64,000 nt of DNA. Origin: an uncultured virus (IMG/VR IMGVR_UViG_3300036719_002413). Taxonomy: Duplodnaviria > Heunggongvirae > Uroviricota > Caudoviricetes. Under the pieces are notes generated by a model. That model was not told the DNA's origin and made no database searches. It saw nothing but the letters and a program-made list of their open reading frames with translations. Positions 18,801-33,800 of this stretch are shown here, piece by piece. The stretch lies in the IMG/VR virus record IMGVR_UViG_3300036719_002413; one strand, 5' to 3'. The position numbers and the translations under genes were made by a program. Each line of letters opens with the position of its first letter. Position 1 is the stretch's first letter.

Positions 18801-21800
18801 CATTAATACCTATGGGTATTACGTATACACCTAGTACTGATAAAGATGCGGTTGTAAAATTCAATTTACCTTTAACTGATGCTATTAAAGACGCTTTAAA
18901 AATATTCATTGATAGTGTATTAGTACAAGATGCTACTGGTAAATATTACTTACATCACAGCTATGCTATAGCTATGAATGAGTTTGTTTATAGCTCAATG
19001 ACAGATCCTAATGACCCAGTTAAATATTGGAATCAGCTAATTGATTTTAGAAATGCTAAGATTGATGATCTGTATTTATATTGTAAAACTAAGTTTGAGG
19101 ATTTAAATTTATATGGTACTCCTTTTCATTTAGATAAAGCATTACTAGCTAAAGATCCTGAAACATTCTTAACTCAATATTTACTTTCTGTTTATAGAAG
19201 TACCTTCTTGGATATATCACATCCAATTAGTCAGTATATAAACACTAAGGATATAACTATTATAAATAAAGCTTCTGATGATTCTTTAATCAATCCTGAA
19301 GATGGTACTGAGAGTACACAACAGATAGCTGACTTACGTAATCTTTTCTACATGTTAAATGTAGTTAAGAACATACCTGGTAATTATAATAATCCTGCAG
19401 TTAATACTAAGGATATGTTATTGAGTGAGGTAAACTTATTCTCTACTATCACAGAATATATACCAACCAAACAACAACTTGTAACATTACGAGAGTTAGT
19501 TAATTGGTATAAAGGTAATCCATTAACTGGTCCTGTAGCTGTTGTACTTGGTTATGCTGGTAGTGGTAAGACACAAGTTGTTACTAAGTTATTACTTAAG
19601 CTATTAAATATTGATAGTACTAAGATAGTATCATTAGCTCCAACTAAATCTTCTAATAAGAACTTAGCAATAGCTTTAGGTAAATCAGACCCTAATGATG
19701 CTAATCCGCTTGAGACATTCTTAAATACGGATTCACAAGTACTAGCTGACTCACCTATCATTATAATTGATGAGGCTGGGTTGTTATCTGATGAACAATT
19801 AGACAAGATTAATAGAAAGATACTTGAAGCTCAAGCAATAAACCCAGCAGTAAAGGTTGTAATGATGGGCGATCCAACACAGTTATCTACTTTAACTATA
19901 CCACCATTTATCGCACAACCTATTGGTGAATATCCTTCTAAAGAGTTTATGTCACCATTAACGATTACATATCGTACTGATGATATTGATATAATTAGAA
20001 CACAGAAAGAATACCGTAATAAGGTAAGTGTTGTTGATAAGGTAACTACTGCATTAACTTCAGATAAAGCTAATGGTAGCTTTGGAGTTAATAGTAAAGT
20101 TGACTTATACAATATGCTTATCGCTAATCGTGGTAAAGGTAGACATCAATTAGTTATTGTTAACTCAGCTAAAGAAGTACAAGAAGTAACTAAAGAGTTA
20201 GCTGACTTGGGTGTAACTAATGTTGATGTGCTTGAGATACATGAAGCTCAAAGCCATACTGTAGATGAAGTATATGTTATGCTAACACCTACTGGTAAGT
20301 TAGCTCCTAGACATGATGGTACCGTAGCTATGTTTAACAAAGCTATGTATGTAGCTACATCTAGAGCTAAGAACTTAGTAGTTATACATTCACCTACAAC
20401 TAAGTTTACTAATGATAATAAAACTTTAATAGCTGCTGAACAACGTAAGGCACCTACTAAGGATGAGATTAGTAACTTTGTTGGTGAGCTACAAAAACAA
20501 TATGATAATATATCTAACAGTAATCTAAATGCTAATTTAAAAGCTGCTGTAGTTAAACCAGCTGCTAATGATCCAGCACAAACTAATTCTGCTAATCCAA
20601 CTAATCCTAAGCCTGCAGATCCTGATAATGAGGGTATTGTAGCTGATGATGATATGGATCAGGATAATGATACTGTTGATTTAGCTAGGGAAGAATTAAA
20701 TAAGCCTGAAGATTTTCCTATAGAAAATACGCAGGAACCACAAGTTATAATTAATACTCATAACTTGAAGTATCCACAATACTTCTCTATTAAAGATAAG
20801 GATAAAAAGATTACAACAGGCTCTCAAGTACAATATGTAAAGTACTGGGATAAGGCTAACAACAGAGCTGGTCTAGCTATCATTGCTCAGGGAGCTGATG
20901 GTTCATGGTATCTGATTGGTGTAATAGGTAAGGATGATATAAATGAAATAGGTAAGTATAAATTACCTAAGGAAGTTGTAGATGCTATTACTAGCCCTGA
21001 GTTTCAAACTAGGGATGCTGATGATATTGAGTGGTCTGAATTCAAGGGTAAGGAAGGAAAATTAACTACAGATCTGGGTGATAAGAATCCTCCATTGCTT
21101 GTAGGACAAATTGGTAATGCTACACCTAAGTTCTTTAAGTGGGGTCCTTTAAAAGACTTTAGAGAGTTCTTAGATACTATGTATGTAAAGATTATGAGTA
21201 CATACTATAGTGATAGTGGTAACTTAGAATCATTTAATCCTATTGACGATAAATACAATTGGGAATTAAAGATATATAATAATGCTGAGATAATTAAACA
21301 AGGATTAAATCCTCGTGTAGTTAGACCTGGTGTACCTTACCAAGTAATTAAAATTACTCATAAGAGTGGTAAAGAAGAAGTATTGTATGTACCATTAACT
21401 ACTAGAAGATTAAACTTAAATTTAGATTCTTCTGTTAATGAGTTACGTGGCTTCTTAAATAACATAAAAGATATTCATAAGATACTATCTGTATTAGATG
21501 GTGATACTAAGATACGTTGGGGTGGACTAAAGGTTGTACCTGGTTATGACTATGTTAATAAGTCAACTGGTAAGACTATTGGTAGAACTCAAGCAGAGAT
21601 ATTCTCTAAGTTACTTAATCCTAAGTCTGAGATTTCTAAGAAGGTAATAGAAGAGCTTACACGTAAAGGTGTTGATATAGCTACCTATAATAATCTTATT
21701 AAGAGTATTCGTACTGGATTATTTAACCCATTAGCTTTACACGAGTATGGTTATGATCCTAACAATGCTGTTATAAATGATGAGGGTACTGATGAGGATT

Positions 21801-24800
21801 TCATGTCTAAGTATTTTATTACTGGAGACAAAGGTTCTAGAAGAGCAGTTGAAGGTCCAGTAAAACTTGGTGAGAATAGTTATACAGCACACCCTACATT
21901 AAAAGGATTCTATTTAATAGAGAAGGGTAATAAAGGATTAAAGGTTTGGCGTAAAGTTTATAACTTTAAAGGCTTACATATTAAGATTGATATACCTGTA
22001 GATAAAGATCTTGCTACTGGTAAAGAGCGTATGCCTGTATATGAAATACACTCACAAGAGTTTATAGATCAGAATGGTGGTAAACGTAATTACAAACGTA
22101 TACTAGATGGTGGTACTAAAGTTGAATCTGGTATTATCCATAATATGGATATTGATCCTTCACAATATGTTGAAGAGTTAGTTATTGATGGTTTAATTAA
22201 TGAGCGTGGTAATCATGGTCCTGCAGCTAAAGCATTTGATTCTATAGCTAGGGCTAACTCATCTGTGTTCATTGGTGATAAAAGAATATACTTAAGACAG
22301 ACTAAACAAGAATATAAAGATGGTGTAGCTACTGGTCATAAGTATTTCTCAGGATTAAACTTATTATATAACCCTGGTAATGGCACTAAGGCTCATTACA
22401 TACACAGCCATAGACCTACTAAAGGCGAACCATCTGCAGTAACTGTAGTTGAGGAATTAGATCCTATCACTGAAGAAGTATTAGATGCTTTAGTGGGAGA
22501 TAATGCTTTTGATAATAATGGTGATAGTATGGTTAATAGTGGCTTTGGTTTAAGATTACCAATGCATACTAAAACTGTAAATAGGTTTCCTACTGAAACT
22601 GAACAAGGATATAAACAAAGAATTCAAGATGATCTGATAGATGATTTTGAAACTTCATTAATGGGTATTGAACCTACTAGTATTACTATTAACAATGTTA
22701 AGCCACCAATTAAAGAAACTCAACCTATAGAATCTAAAAAAGCTGATATAGAAAGAAGAAGACAAGAGGAGTTAATTAAAGAAGTGAGGGGATATGATTA
22801 TGAAATAAAGTATAGACCTGATGTAGCAGCAAGATATGATAAAGCTTTACAAAACTGGATTGATATTGCTGATATAACTATTGAAGGGAGAAAAAAAGGT
22901 TTGTATTCAAATCCAGAAGCTAATAAAGGTTATGTAGATAGTAGAGAAGAAAATATTGAAGCAAAAAGAAAATATTTAGAAATTAATGCTAAATATGATG
23001 CAGAATTAGCTGCTTTAGAAGGTGGTGTTTCTACAGATGCTAAAGCTGATATAGAAAAAAGAAGACAAGAAATATCTTCATTTTTTAATAAAAATGATTA
23101 TACAACAGAAGTTACTCTTGAAAATGATGAGTATACATTAAAAGTATATGATAAAAAAAGTACTTTCTCAAATGTTCCGATATTCAAGTTTCAAGGAAAT
23201 ATAATAGACATAGATGGTAAAAAATATATTAACGTTTATGAAGTAAGTACTAAAAAGGAATATCAAAATAAAAAAATAGCTACTAATTCATATAAGTATA
23301 TATTAGAAAATTTACCTTCTGGCGTAAAAGGTTTATACTCTTTTTCAGAAATGAGAAAAGGTGTAATGGTACCTAATATATATAAAACTTTAAGTAAAGA
23401 TTATACTGTTACTACGGACTCTAAAGGAAATATTCTTGTTAACTATGATGCAGAACTAGCTGCTTTAGAACAATCTATCCCTAATGATGTAGCTCATGTA
23501 CCACAAGATCCTAGACCTGCTAATGATTTCGCTGCTGATGGTAATGATATTGATTTAAGCTGGGATGATGATACTGATAGTTTTGATTGGACAGTACGTG
23601 ATACTACAACTCCTACTAATTGGGTTACACCTAGTTTAGTTAGACAAGCAGCATCAGAAATATTTGGTAAGGACTTTGCTTCAGATCCTGATAAATTATT
23701 ATTCTTATCTAAAGCTGAAATGATTAGACGCTTTGGTAAGGATGTGTGGGGTAGATATGAGAAGGGAGTTATTTACTTAATGACTAATGCTCAAGGTGAA
23801 GCTTCAATAGATGTATTGAGACACGAGGCTTTCCATAGAGTAACACATGCTTACTTTAATGCTGAGCAACGTAAAGAGATATATAAGTTAGCTATACAAG
23901 CTAACCCATTATTAAAGGATAAGACTAACCGTGATATTGAAGAGTGGTTAGCAGACTCCTTTATGTCTTACCTAAGACAGCCAAACTTTGTTAGTAGGCT
24001 ATTACATAGTTTCTTCAGGAAGATAAAGAGTATATTTAATATTCAATTATCTGCTCAAGATAAGATTGAAAGTTTCTTTGATCGTATACAGAAAGGTAAC
24101 TTTACTTATGAGACTGCTAATGAAGCTGTTGAAGGTACTGGTTTAAATAAATTACTTATACATGCTTGGTTTGGTACTCCAGAAAGACAGTACAAGGATT
24201 CAGCTGATAATTATAACTTAGCTCAAGTAGCTATATTAAAATCATTAGCTAGTAAAATATCCCCAGACTCTCCTAGGAACGATCAGTCTAATGGTATAGC
24301 AATGTCTATTAGAACTGGGGCTAATGGTAAGGTATATTACAATGGAGCTACTATGACTCCAGAGGATGCTAAGTTTGCTGTATATGCGGATTTGAAAGAT
24401 CAGTTTAATAACTTAAAAGATAAAGCTCCAATATGGTTAAAGATATTGGTTGGCGGTATAACTGAGAAGGAAGTTAAACGTGCTAATATGATATACAATA
24501 ATGTATATGATTACTTAGTACAAAGTACTGATAGTATTAACTTAGATAATTCTGACGAGACATTTGGTGATGATCCTTCTTTAAAGGATGAGATCGAAGA
24601 GTCTTGGCGTATAAATTACGAGTCACAGTTACTTGCTTCTGTTAAAAACTTAATGTCGGCATTGTTTATTAAACAATATGATGCTGAAGGTAATGTACTT
24701 TTAAAAGAATATATTCCTAGAAGAACAGTATTCTATATAAGTTTAAAACTCCTTAAAGGTATTGAAAACTTTGATATGAATGCTATTCAAGCTATGTCTT

Positions 24801-27800
24801 TGAATGCTACTAAGCTTGGTTGGAAAGATGACTCTGGAGATCCTAAAGTAGGTAGAGTGTATGACTTCTTAGTTGATATAATTAGAAGAGCTGAGAATGA
24901 TAAATATACTAGTGAGGTTACTACTGAGGTAAAGAATGGTGTATCAAGATTAAGATACAAAAAAGCCTTCTTACCAAGTAACCTTAAAATAACTCAACGT
25001 GGTTTTAAAGATGGTGGTTTATATTATAACAATAACTTAGTTGTTGGTACTATCAAAGGTGTAGACTATAAGTTTACTCGTAGGGATGCTAATGGTGTTA
25101 AGGATGCTAATGCTAATAATTATATTAAGAGATTAGTAGCTATGACATTAGCTTTAGATGAGCCATTGTTATTTGATATACAAGGACAGTTAGTTCCTTC
25201 TAATAAATTTACTGAACAACAGTTGGCTAATATGTATGCTACATTATTAGCTAGAGAAGAAGCTAGAAACTTAAGTGCTGGTATACAAGCTGGGATATCC
25301 TCGTTAGTAGAACGTCACCCATACATGGGATTGACAGATGTTATATTAGAAGAAGCAGAAGATCCTAACTCTAGAGAAAAGCCTATAGTTACATTAAAGA
25401 CTAGATATATTCCTAATTCTGTATTAGGTGGTGAACAAGCTGTTAAATTATCTATTGAGGATGGTATTCTATCTGTATTGAGAGATGATCCCCAAGGAGC
25501 TATAATTAGACAAGCCCAAAGCTTATTAGAACTTGTAAACAAGTCTACTGATGTAAAGGCTAATAAGATTAGTACTAATAGAGAAACTGTTTCTAAAGTA
25601 TTTAATATGTTAGGATTAGGTAAGTTTAAAATCTTTAACTTAACTCCTATACAGAATGAGATAATTATTAATGCTTTAAATGGTATATTAAATAATATAA
25701 TAGGCTTTGTAGATAAGAAAGAATCTTTAGAAGCTATTGAGGATGCATTAGCTAACGATAACAATAATCGTATTAAAGAGATTATGGATACTTTAGCTAT
25801 CTCTCAAGGCTTTGGTGAGAACAGTAGATATTTAGATTCTAAGAACAGAAGTAGTTATAAATTTGTTAAGGGTAGTTTCTTAACTAGAATGTTTGAGAAG
25901 TTCAGAAGGAATCTTGATGAGACTGGTGAGACTGGATTTAAAAGACCAGATCATATTGATCCTGAATCTATTGGATATAAGTTGTATTATAAATACAATC
26001 CTTTCCTTAGATCTAAAGGTAGAGTCATTAGAGAACTGATTACACAAGAAGCTTTAAAACAACGTTATAAGAATAACGTTATGTTTGAAGATGCTGATAC
26101 TGCTACACCTTACAAGAATGAGGGTATTAGTGGTTGGGTAGTTAGAACATTAGTGTTTGGTTTCTACAGTACTATGTTAAAGTCTGATAAGAACCCAACA
26201 TATATACAATCACCATATACACCATCTAACAAACCTCAGAATATGTCATTTAGAATTCCTGCTAGTAATATTAAAACTATGAGGGAAGATATAAAGAGTG
26301 CCATATTACAACAGGTTGAAAGATATAGATGGTATGAAACCTTAGCTAAAGATCATAACATATTTATAAAAGGTATACCTTTGAAAGTACAAGTACTTGA
26401 AAATGGTACATATAAGTATGTGTGGACTGGTAAGTTAAAGGGTGGATTTACTTACTTAGCTGATAATAAAGTACTAGATCAGGAGTCTTTAGAAAGAGTA
26501 GTTGATAAAGTAATTGATGATCTTGATACTAGAGCTTATAAATTTTATGAGCGTATTGTAAACAATAATGCTTTAGTAGCTAAGTTAAAGCGTGGTCTTG
26601 GTGATAAGAATTATATTGAACCTTACGAGGCTAAGAGCTTTATAAGTTACTTAGAAAGAGTAGGTTTATTAGATGATGCTAAGATTGATAGTCTAACTAA
26701 GATATTCAATAAGAACTATAAGTATAATGCTAGTTCTAAATACTCTCCTGAAATTGATAGAGAATATAATTTGAATTTATATATCATTATAGCTGAGGCA
26801 TTTAAACAGAACTATGTTAATGGTCACTTCTTGAATCAGTTTCAAATGTCTGATAGATCTTTGTATGCTAATCCTACTACACAAGTTAAGAGAGCTAGTG
26901 GAGGAATATCTCCTGGTGATTCACCAAAGGTAGATACTTCTAAATCTGGTAATGGTATGGTTGATAACTTTAATATCATTGTAGCATCAGATCAGCATGC
27001 TGTATTTAATATTTATACAGATGTAGCTAAAGCTTATAATGGTTTATATGGCTTACAGATAGATAAGACTGATGCTCAGATGTACTACTTACCTAAGTGG
27101 AAAGAGGAGCTTGAGAAAGGATATGGATATGAGTATGGTATTAAGGGAGTTTTAAAACCTGTACTGTACTTTATTGATAAGTATGGTGTTACTAGATTTA
27201 GTAAAAACTCTGGTATTGAGTTATCAGATAGTTTATGTGCTAGGTTTCCTGAGTTAGCTGATCTCCGTAAAGATATGGAAGACAATAACATTATGGAGTT
27301 TCATCATAGTTCAGCATTCAAAGTAGGAGCTCCTGCTCGTTTATTAAAGAATGGCGAGTCTATATCAGATCACATAGCTACAACTACTAGACAAAATGGT
27401 AATGGTATTATAAATGTACCTTCTAAATATTATAGTATACAATCTAACCCAGCAAGTTCTGAGGGTGATGTAACTAACTTTAGTCAGTTAACTTATTTCT
27501 TAAACGTTAATAAGTTAAATACTGAAGCTACTAAGATGGTATATGATATTGATGCCTTGATAATGCGTACTAACTTTAATGCTTACTTAAGAAAGTTAGG
27601 TAAGTATGTAGGTAATAAGTTTGAGATTAACGAAGATAAAGTTAGAAATGTATTAGCTGAAGCTGTATCAGGTATGGCTGGTTATGAAAGGTTTGAGGAG
27701 TTTATTCGTGCTAAAGATGGCAGAGGTAATTACTTGATTAGCTTAAACTTCCCAGCATTACGTAATAGGGTTGAGATAAGCTTAATGAGTGGTGCTGCTA

Positions 27801-30800
27801 ATAACTCTGTAAAGTCTATTGTAGGTAGTGGTAATAAATTAGTATTACAAGCTGATCGTGGAGTTTCAGTATTTAGAATTGGTGGTCAGGTTAAGTTATT
27901 TAATGATTTAACAGAAAGTGAGAAGAAATCTTTTGATGCTTTTAAATTATTACCCTATCATGTTAAGGAAGTTTTAAAGTTAAAAGTAAATTCTTATTAC
28001 TTAAATAATAACTCATATACTCACTGGGAAAGTCATAAAGATATGACTATGGAGTATACCGCATTATCTGATAGTGAGAAAGAACTTATTGATACTCTTA
28101 ATACAGATAGGATGTTAATTCCTACTAGATTAAATATGGTATCAGATAACTCTACTATGGATGGTCGTATAGCTGAAGTTATAGCGCCTGCTTGGTGGAA
28201 ACAATATATGAAAGCTAAGGGTAGTGAAGTTGATACTGGTGATATTGTTCTAGTAGATGACTTCTTAACTAGGTTTGCTTTTGGTGTACGTATCCCTACT
28301 ACTGGTATTCACTCTGCAGTACCATTTAAAATTGTAGGATTTACTGACAGTAAGAGTAACATCTTAGTAGCCCCAATGGAACTTGTAGCTTTACACGGAT
28401 CTGACTTCGACGTCGATTCATTGTTTGCTATTCACGTTGAGGTATTAGTTGATCCTAAATCAAGTTTGAAGAAGACTGGTGTTAGGAAAATGATTGAGTT
28501 AAAAGATCTGAATGGTAACGTTATAATTAAAGAAGGACAAAGACTTGGTTGGGATGCTGACATAAACTTTGATAGCTTTAGTATGATGATGGCTTCTCAA
28601 AAAGCTACAGAAAGTACTTTTAATTCTGTTGAGTTTGATCGTCAGATAGGTCTTATTAAATCTTTAATAGATTCTATTAACCGTAACATTTCTGATAATG
28701 AAGATGCTGAGGCGTTAAAAGAACTTAAATCTCATTTAAAATTAGCTGAAAGTGCTTATGTAAAAACATTACAGAACAAACGTAACTTCTTAATATCTTG
28801 GATATTACTGCGTAAACAGAATAGGTATGACATGATGCAGCCTATTACCTTTAATGCTGTTAAAGAAGACTTCTTCGATCCTAATGAAACTTTATATCAC
28901 CCAACATCTCCAATAGATATTTTCGGTGATGATGGTAAGTTAACTCCTGAGTTTTTAGTAGAGTTAGAAAAGGGAACATCAACTGAAAGAGTTATTAGTA
29001 AGTTTAAAGAGTGGGGTGTTACTGCAGATAATATACAATTAGATGTAGATAATAATAGATTAAATCTATCTGATGAGTTACGTAATACTATATTAGCTGA
29101 TAAAGATATATCAGTTAAAATGTTATTGAAAGTTATTAATAATAAGATAGACTTTGATGTACTCAAAGATCTAAATGATATGAATGATAACTTACAATAT
29201 TATTTAGATAACTTCTCTGGAGTATCATTAACTGGTGCTTTCGCTAACTTCGTAAAAGCTTTATCTTACATATACTTCTCAACACCAGTTGGTGCTAAGT
29301 TTGTATATAATAAGAATTCAGAGAATGCTAAACCATTAGATATATCATTTAATGATAAAGTATATGGTAGTATTGCTGAGAGAGAAGATAGACCTAATGG
29401 ACGTAAGATCTGGGAGTTATTAGATACATTGATTAACGGTGCTATTGATAACGTTAAAGAACAAGTATTAGCTATACTTAATGCTACTAATAATACTGGA
29501 GCTACATTAGCTACGATGGTATCATTAGGTATACCAATGACAGACATTGTATCTTTCCTAAGACAACCAGTTATTATGAAAGATACTGCTAGATTAGGAA
29601 CCTTTGATGTTAATTATACATTAGGTGAGCTTCAAAATATTAAAAAGAGTATTGAAGCTAAGTTACAGGGTTTAGGAGTTGATACTAAAACAATCAAAGA
29701 TGATACTATCACATCTAAAGAATTACAAGATGTATTAGCATTAGTAGGTTATGACTCTATGGTAAGCTGGGAAGGGTTACCTAAAGAAGCTATTATAACA
29801 CAATATAAAGTTTTAATAGCTTATACTAAACTATTCCCAATAGCTCAGAAGATTAGTAAGACAGCTGATGCTACTAATATCATTAGAGATTTCCCTGTTA
29901 CAGAGGAAGAAATTGCTAAGGTACAAGATAACTTAGAAACAATATCTAAAGATAGTGGTATTGAAGGTGGTTCTATATTTGATATTACCCACATTAAAGA
30001 GTCTAAACAAATCTTTGAAGAGACTTTAGAAGTTAGAGAACAAGTATTACCACAGCGTAGTAAAGCTTGGAAAGAAAGATTAGCTGGATTTGTTAACAAG
30101 TACTTAAACAGTAATAGAACTTCTAATGAAGATCTTATACATGTATCTAGAGAATTTGAATTGTACTCATTATCATCTTTAACTAGTTATGATGAGCAAG
30201 ATTTAAAATGGAAAGAGCCTGTAAAGATAACTAATAAAGTTAATCCTGATAGATCTTTTTACTTATATGGAGTTGATGCTTGGATACAAAACTTTGCTGA
30301 GACTTTAAAAGAGTATAAAGCTAAGTATCCTGATAATGAATTCTTGAAGCTCTTAGAACCTAAGATAAATAACATAGGTACTTATAAAGGTGCTAATGGT
30401 GAGATTCGTATCTATTGGGTATTAGGATCAGTTCAACAAGAACCTGGTCGTATTGCTACTATACAAGTATCTTTCATGGAGTTACCTGAAGAGTTTCAAT
30501 TAGCTTTACTTAAGTTTTCAACATTGTCTACAGGATTGGAGTTTGGTTTTAGAGGATTCTCTACATTAATACTTCCATCTTTGTTAGGTAAGGCTAATGC
30601 AGTATACAATCAATTCAATACTGCGATGTTTAATGATGAGGCTTTTAATAACCTAAGCGATCACTTTATACTACCATTTCTACTTAGAAACCAAGATTAT
30701 GTTAGATCTGCTTCTGCAGTATTTAAGAATAGTGGTCATATCTATACTAGAAACAATGCTAAGTTTAATGGCTTACTAGGTGGAAGAGAAAGAAAGAATA

Positions 30801-33800
30801 TTGATGCTATAGTATATTTTGGAGATGATCGTGAAACAGTTGTAAATAAAGAAACTGGTGAGGAGATGAAAGTTAAAAGCTCTACACCACCATTGTTCTT
30901 TAAGTTTTCTAACTACCCAGCATCTTTATTGTATCGTGTTGATATGGATGAGACTGCTAAAACAGCTTACTATGTCAAGGTAGCTAATCTTAAAGATAAC
31001 CAACTATATAAGTTCTATTCAGCTAGACCAGACTTATTAGCTGGTAAAGCTTATAGTTTAAAAGAAGCTTTCTCTAATAAAGGTAATGTGTTTAGTGTTA
31101 CACCATTAGACTTCAATAATGATACTATAGAAACTACTTTAAAGTTTGTTACTGATGAGAAGTTACCTGCAGTAGGTGATGTTATTCAAGTGAAGTCAAT
31201 GCTTGATATTCATAATGAAGTGTTGATACCTTATCAGGTTAATAGTGTAAAAACTAGTGATGCTTCAGAACAAATTATATCTACTGGTTCTGGTGAGAAT
31301 ACTGTAAACAATAACTTTAAAGTATATGGTTCTGTAGAAGTTAATTTAACTAAACAGAAAGCTTCAGAACAAAGAAATGTTAAAGATAGTAATAAGGTAG
31401 TTGGTTCTAGAGTAGTTAATAAACTTCTTAGTAAATTAGCTTCTAAACTGAAGTTTGAGTATGAGGTATTAGACTTTACTAATAGTGAGTTAGTTAAGTC
31501 GTTAGGTTTAAATCCTGATATATATGGATTCTTCCATAATGGTAAGGTATACATAAACTCTAATAAGTATAGTTTAGAAACTCCTATACACGAGTTTGGT
31601 CACGGACTATTAATAATGATTAAGTCTAAGAACAAGCTTCTATATGATAACTTAAAACGTAATATACTGGATAGTCCTATCTTAGCTGAGATTAAACTTA
31701 GCTATCCTGACCTCTCATTAGAAGATCAGATAGACGAGGCTATAGTAACCGCTATAGGACGATATGGCGTAGGATTAACCTCTGGTTGGACTAATACCCT
31801 TATAAGTGCTGTAAAGCGCGTATATCAAGCTATAATGCGTGTAATAGGATTATATAAACCTACCAATATTACTGAGTTAGATCCTCAAACAAGTATCTCT
31901 AAATTAGCTGAACTGATGTTAAATGGTCCTGAGTTCTCGGATACCATTAGTAATGTTCAAGGGACATCTGAGTTAAGGTACTTAAATAATAACTACACTA
32001 TTACTAAACAGACTGGTATTGAAGGAGATACAGGATATACTGTAGTATCTTCTACTGGTAGATCTGTAGTATTAGATCGTGTGAGTACTTTCTTAGGTAA
32101 CTTTTTAAGTTACAATAGGAAGTTAACTCAAGCTGAGGTAATGGCTAAGAAGTACTATGGTAAGGTAAATACCTTATTAGGTAGGCCTGTACAACATCCA
32201 GATGGGACTGGTACACTAGTTACTTATGAAGAGTTATTAGACTACTTTACTAAGATTGGTGAGCGTAGTAGAATAACTGGTAAAATTATACATAAGATTA
32301 TACAGATGTATACTGTAGGTAATAGTGATCCACAGTTTCAAAAGTTTGGTCAAGAGAAAGCTGATTTACTACAACAATATATAACTTTAGGTGGTAAAGA
32401 TTCTGACTTCAATTGGATTGAGGGTAATGATACTTATTTAACTGCCCTTATGGAAAGGTTGAATATACAACCTACTGATAAGATACATTCTGAGTTCTTA
32501 GTATACAATGAACAGTTAAACTTGGGTGGAACAATAGATATGTTAATAGAGCATGCTGATGGTACCTTCTCAATTATTGACTTTAAGACAGGTAAATCAT
32601 TTAACCCTAATGAAGATTTCGGTGAAATGAAGTATGCTGAGCGTACTGGTATGTTATTTAATTCTACTAATAACTATCAAATGCAGTTAGGTACTTATGC
32701 TTTACTTGTTAAATCATTATATCCTAATGCTAGATTTAGAAATATAACATTAGTTAATTTAAATAAACATACTACTACACCAGCTTTATTAGAAGTTGAT
32801 AGGTCCTCTGTATTATTAAACTTAGCTAGTTACTTTACACATAATCCTAATGACTTTATTAAGACTAATAGTTATCTGTTAAATCATAAGGAATATGTAG
32901 CTATATCTACTAATGTATCTGATCGTATTAATGAAGAGTTAAAGAAAGGAGCAGCTTCAGTATTCGCAGCTAAAGAAATTGTATTACAAAGATTATATGA
33001 GCAATTAGATACTCTACAAAGATCTGGAGGTAAGGATAAGCAACCATTAACTGATGCTTATATTAATTCTAACCCACTAGTTAAAAAGCAGTTAGAGTCA
33101 TTAATATTACAGATATCTGAATTAGAAGGTGCTGAATTTGGATCTATGACAGATGTTAATTCTGATATAGATATAAAAGAAACCTATACTTCAGTAGGAT
33201 TTAATGTTAAGAATCCGCTCTTGAAGACTTTCATGAAGCTTCGGACTAGGGCATTACAACTTATATCAGAAACTAGAAGTAAGTTATTTAGAGAGTCTGA
33301 CTCTTTACTTAAAGATGTATTAAAAGAATACTATGGTAATAACTTCTTATCTATGATTGGTGGTAAGATAGGTTTAAATATGCTTAACTATGAGAAAGCA
33401 TTTAAATTTATGTGGGATACATCTGAAGGGGATGGTATGACTATTAAAACTGAAACTAGTACTGATTGGGCTTTATTATCTACTGCTCAGAAGAAGTATA
33501 ATGTATTCTATAGAGATAGTATTAGAGATATGTTATTCTCCACATTATCAACTACTAGAGGTTTAAAGTATTATAAGAATAAGTTAGATAATGTTGATTC
33601 AGACTTATTGATAGGACTATTCACTAAACAAGAACTTGCTGCTAAGTACCAAGCTAAAATAGATATGTATTTAGATATGGAACCTGTTGAGAAGTGGGAA
33701 GCTGAGCTTGGTAAGTATTTTGTTTACACTGAAGACTTCACACCAAGATTACCTAAGCTTACAGGAGAGTATAGTATTACTGAAACTAAGGAGATTATTA

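Noticed and set aside
22739..23470. CRISPR array or intein reading of the repeat-bounded cassettes
   Set aside because: Two different repeats alternate around 226-bp and 373-bp coding interiors. No cas operon is present, and there are no Cys/Ser...His-Asn intein ends or homing endonuclease motifs.
32480..32700. Cas4 as a sign of a CRISPR system
   Set aside because: It is a PD-(D/E)XK domain inside the polyprotein, lacking the Fe-S cysteines, with no array or other cas genes.
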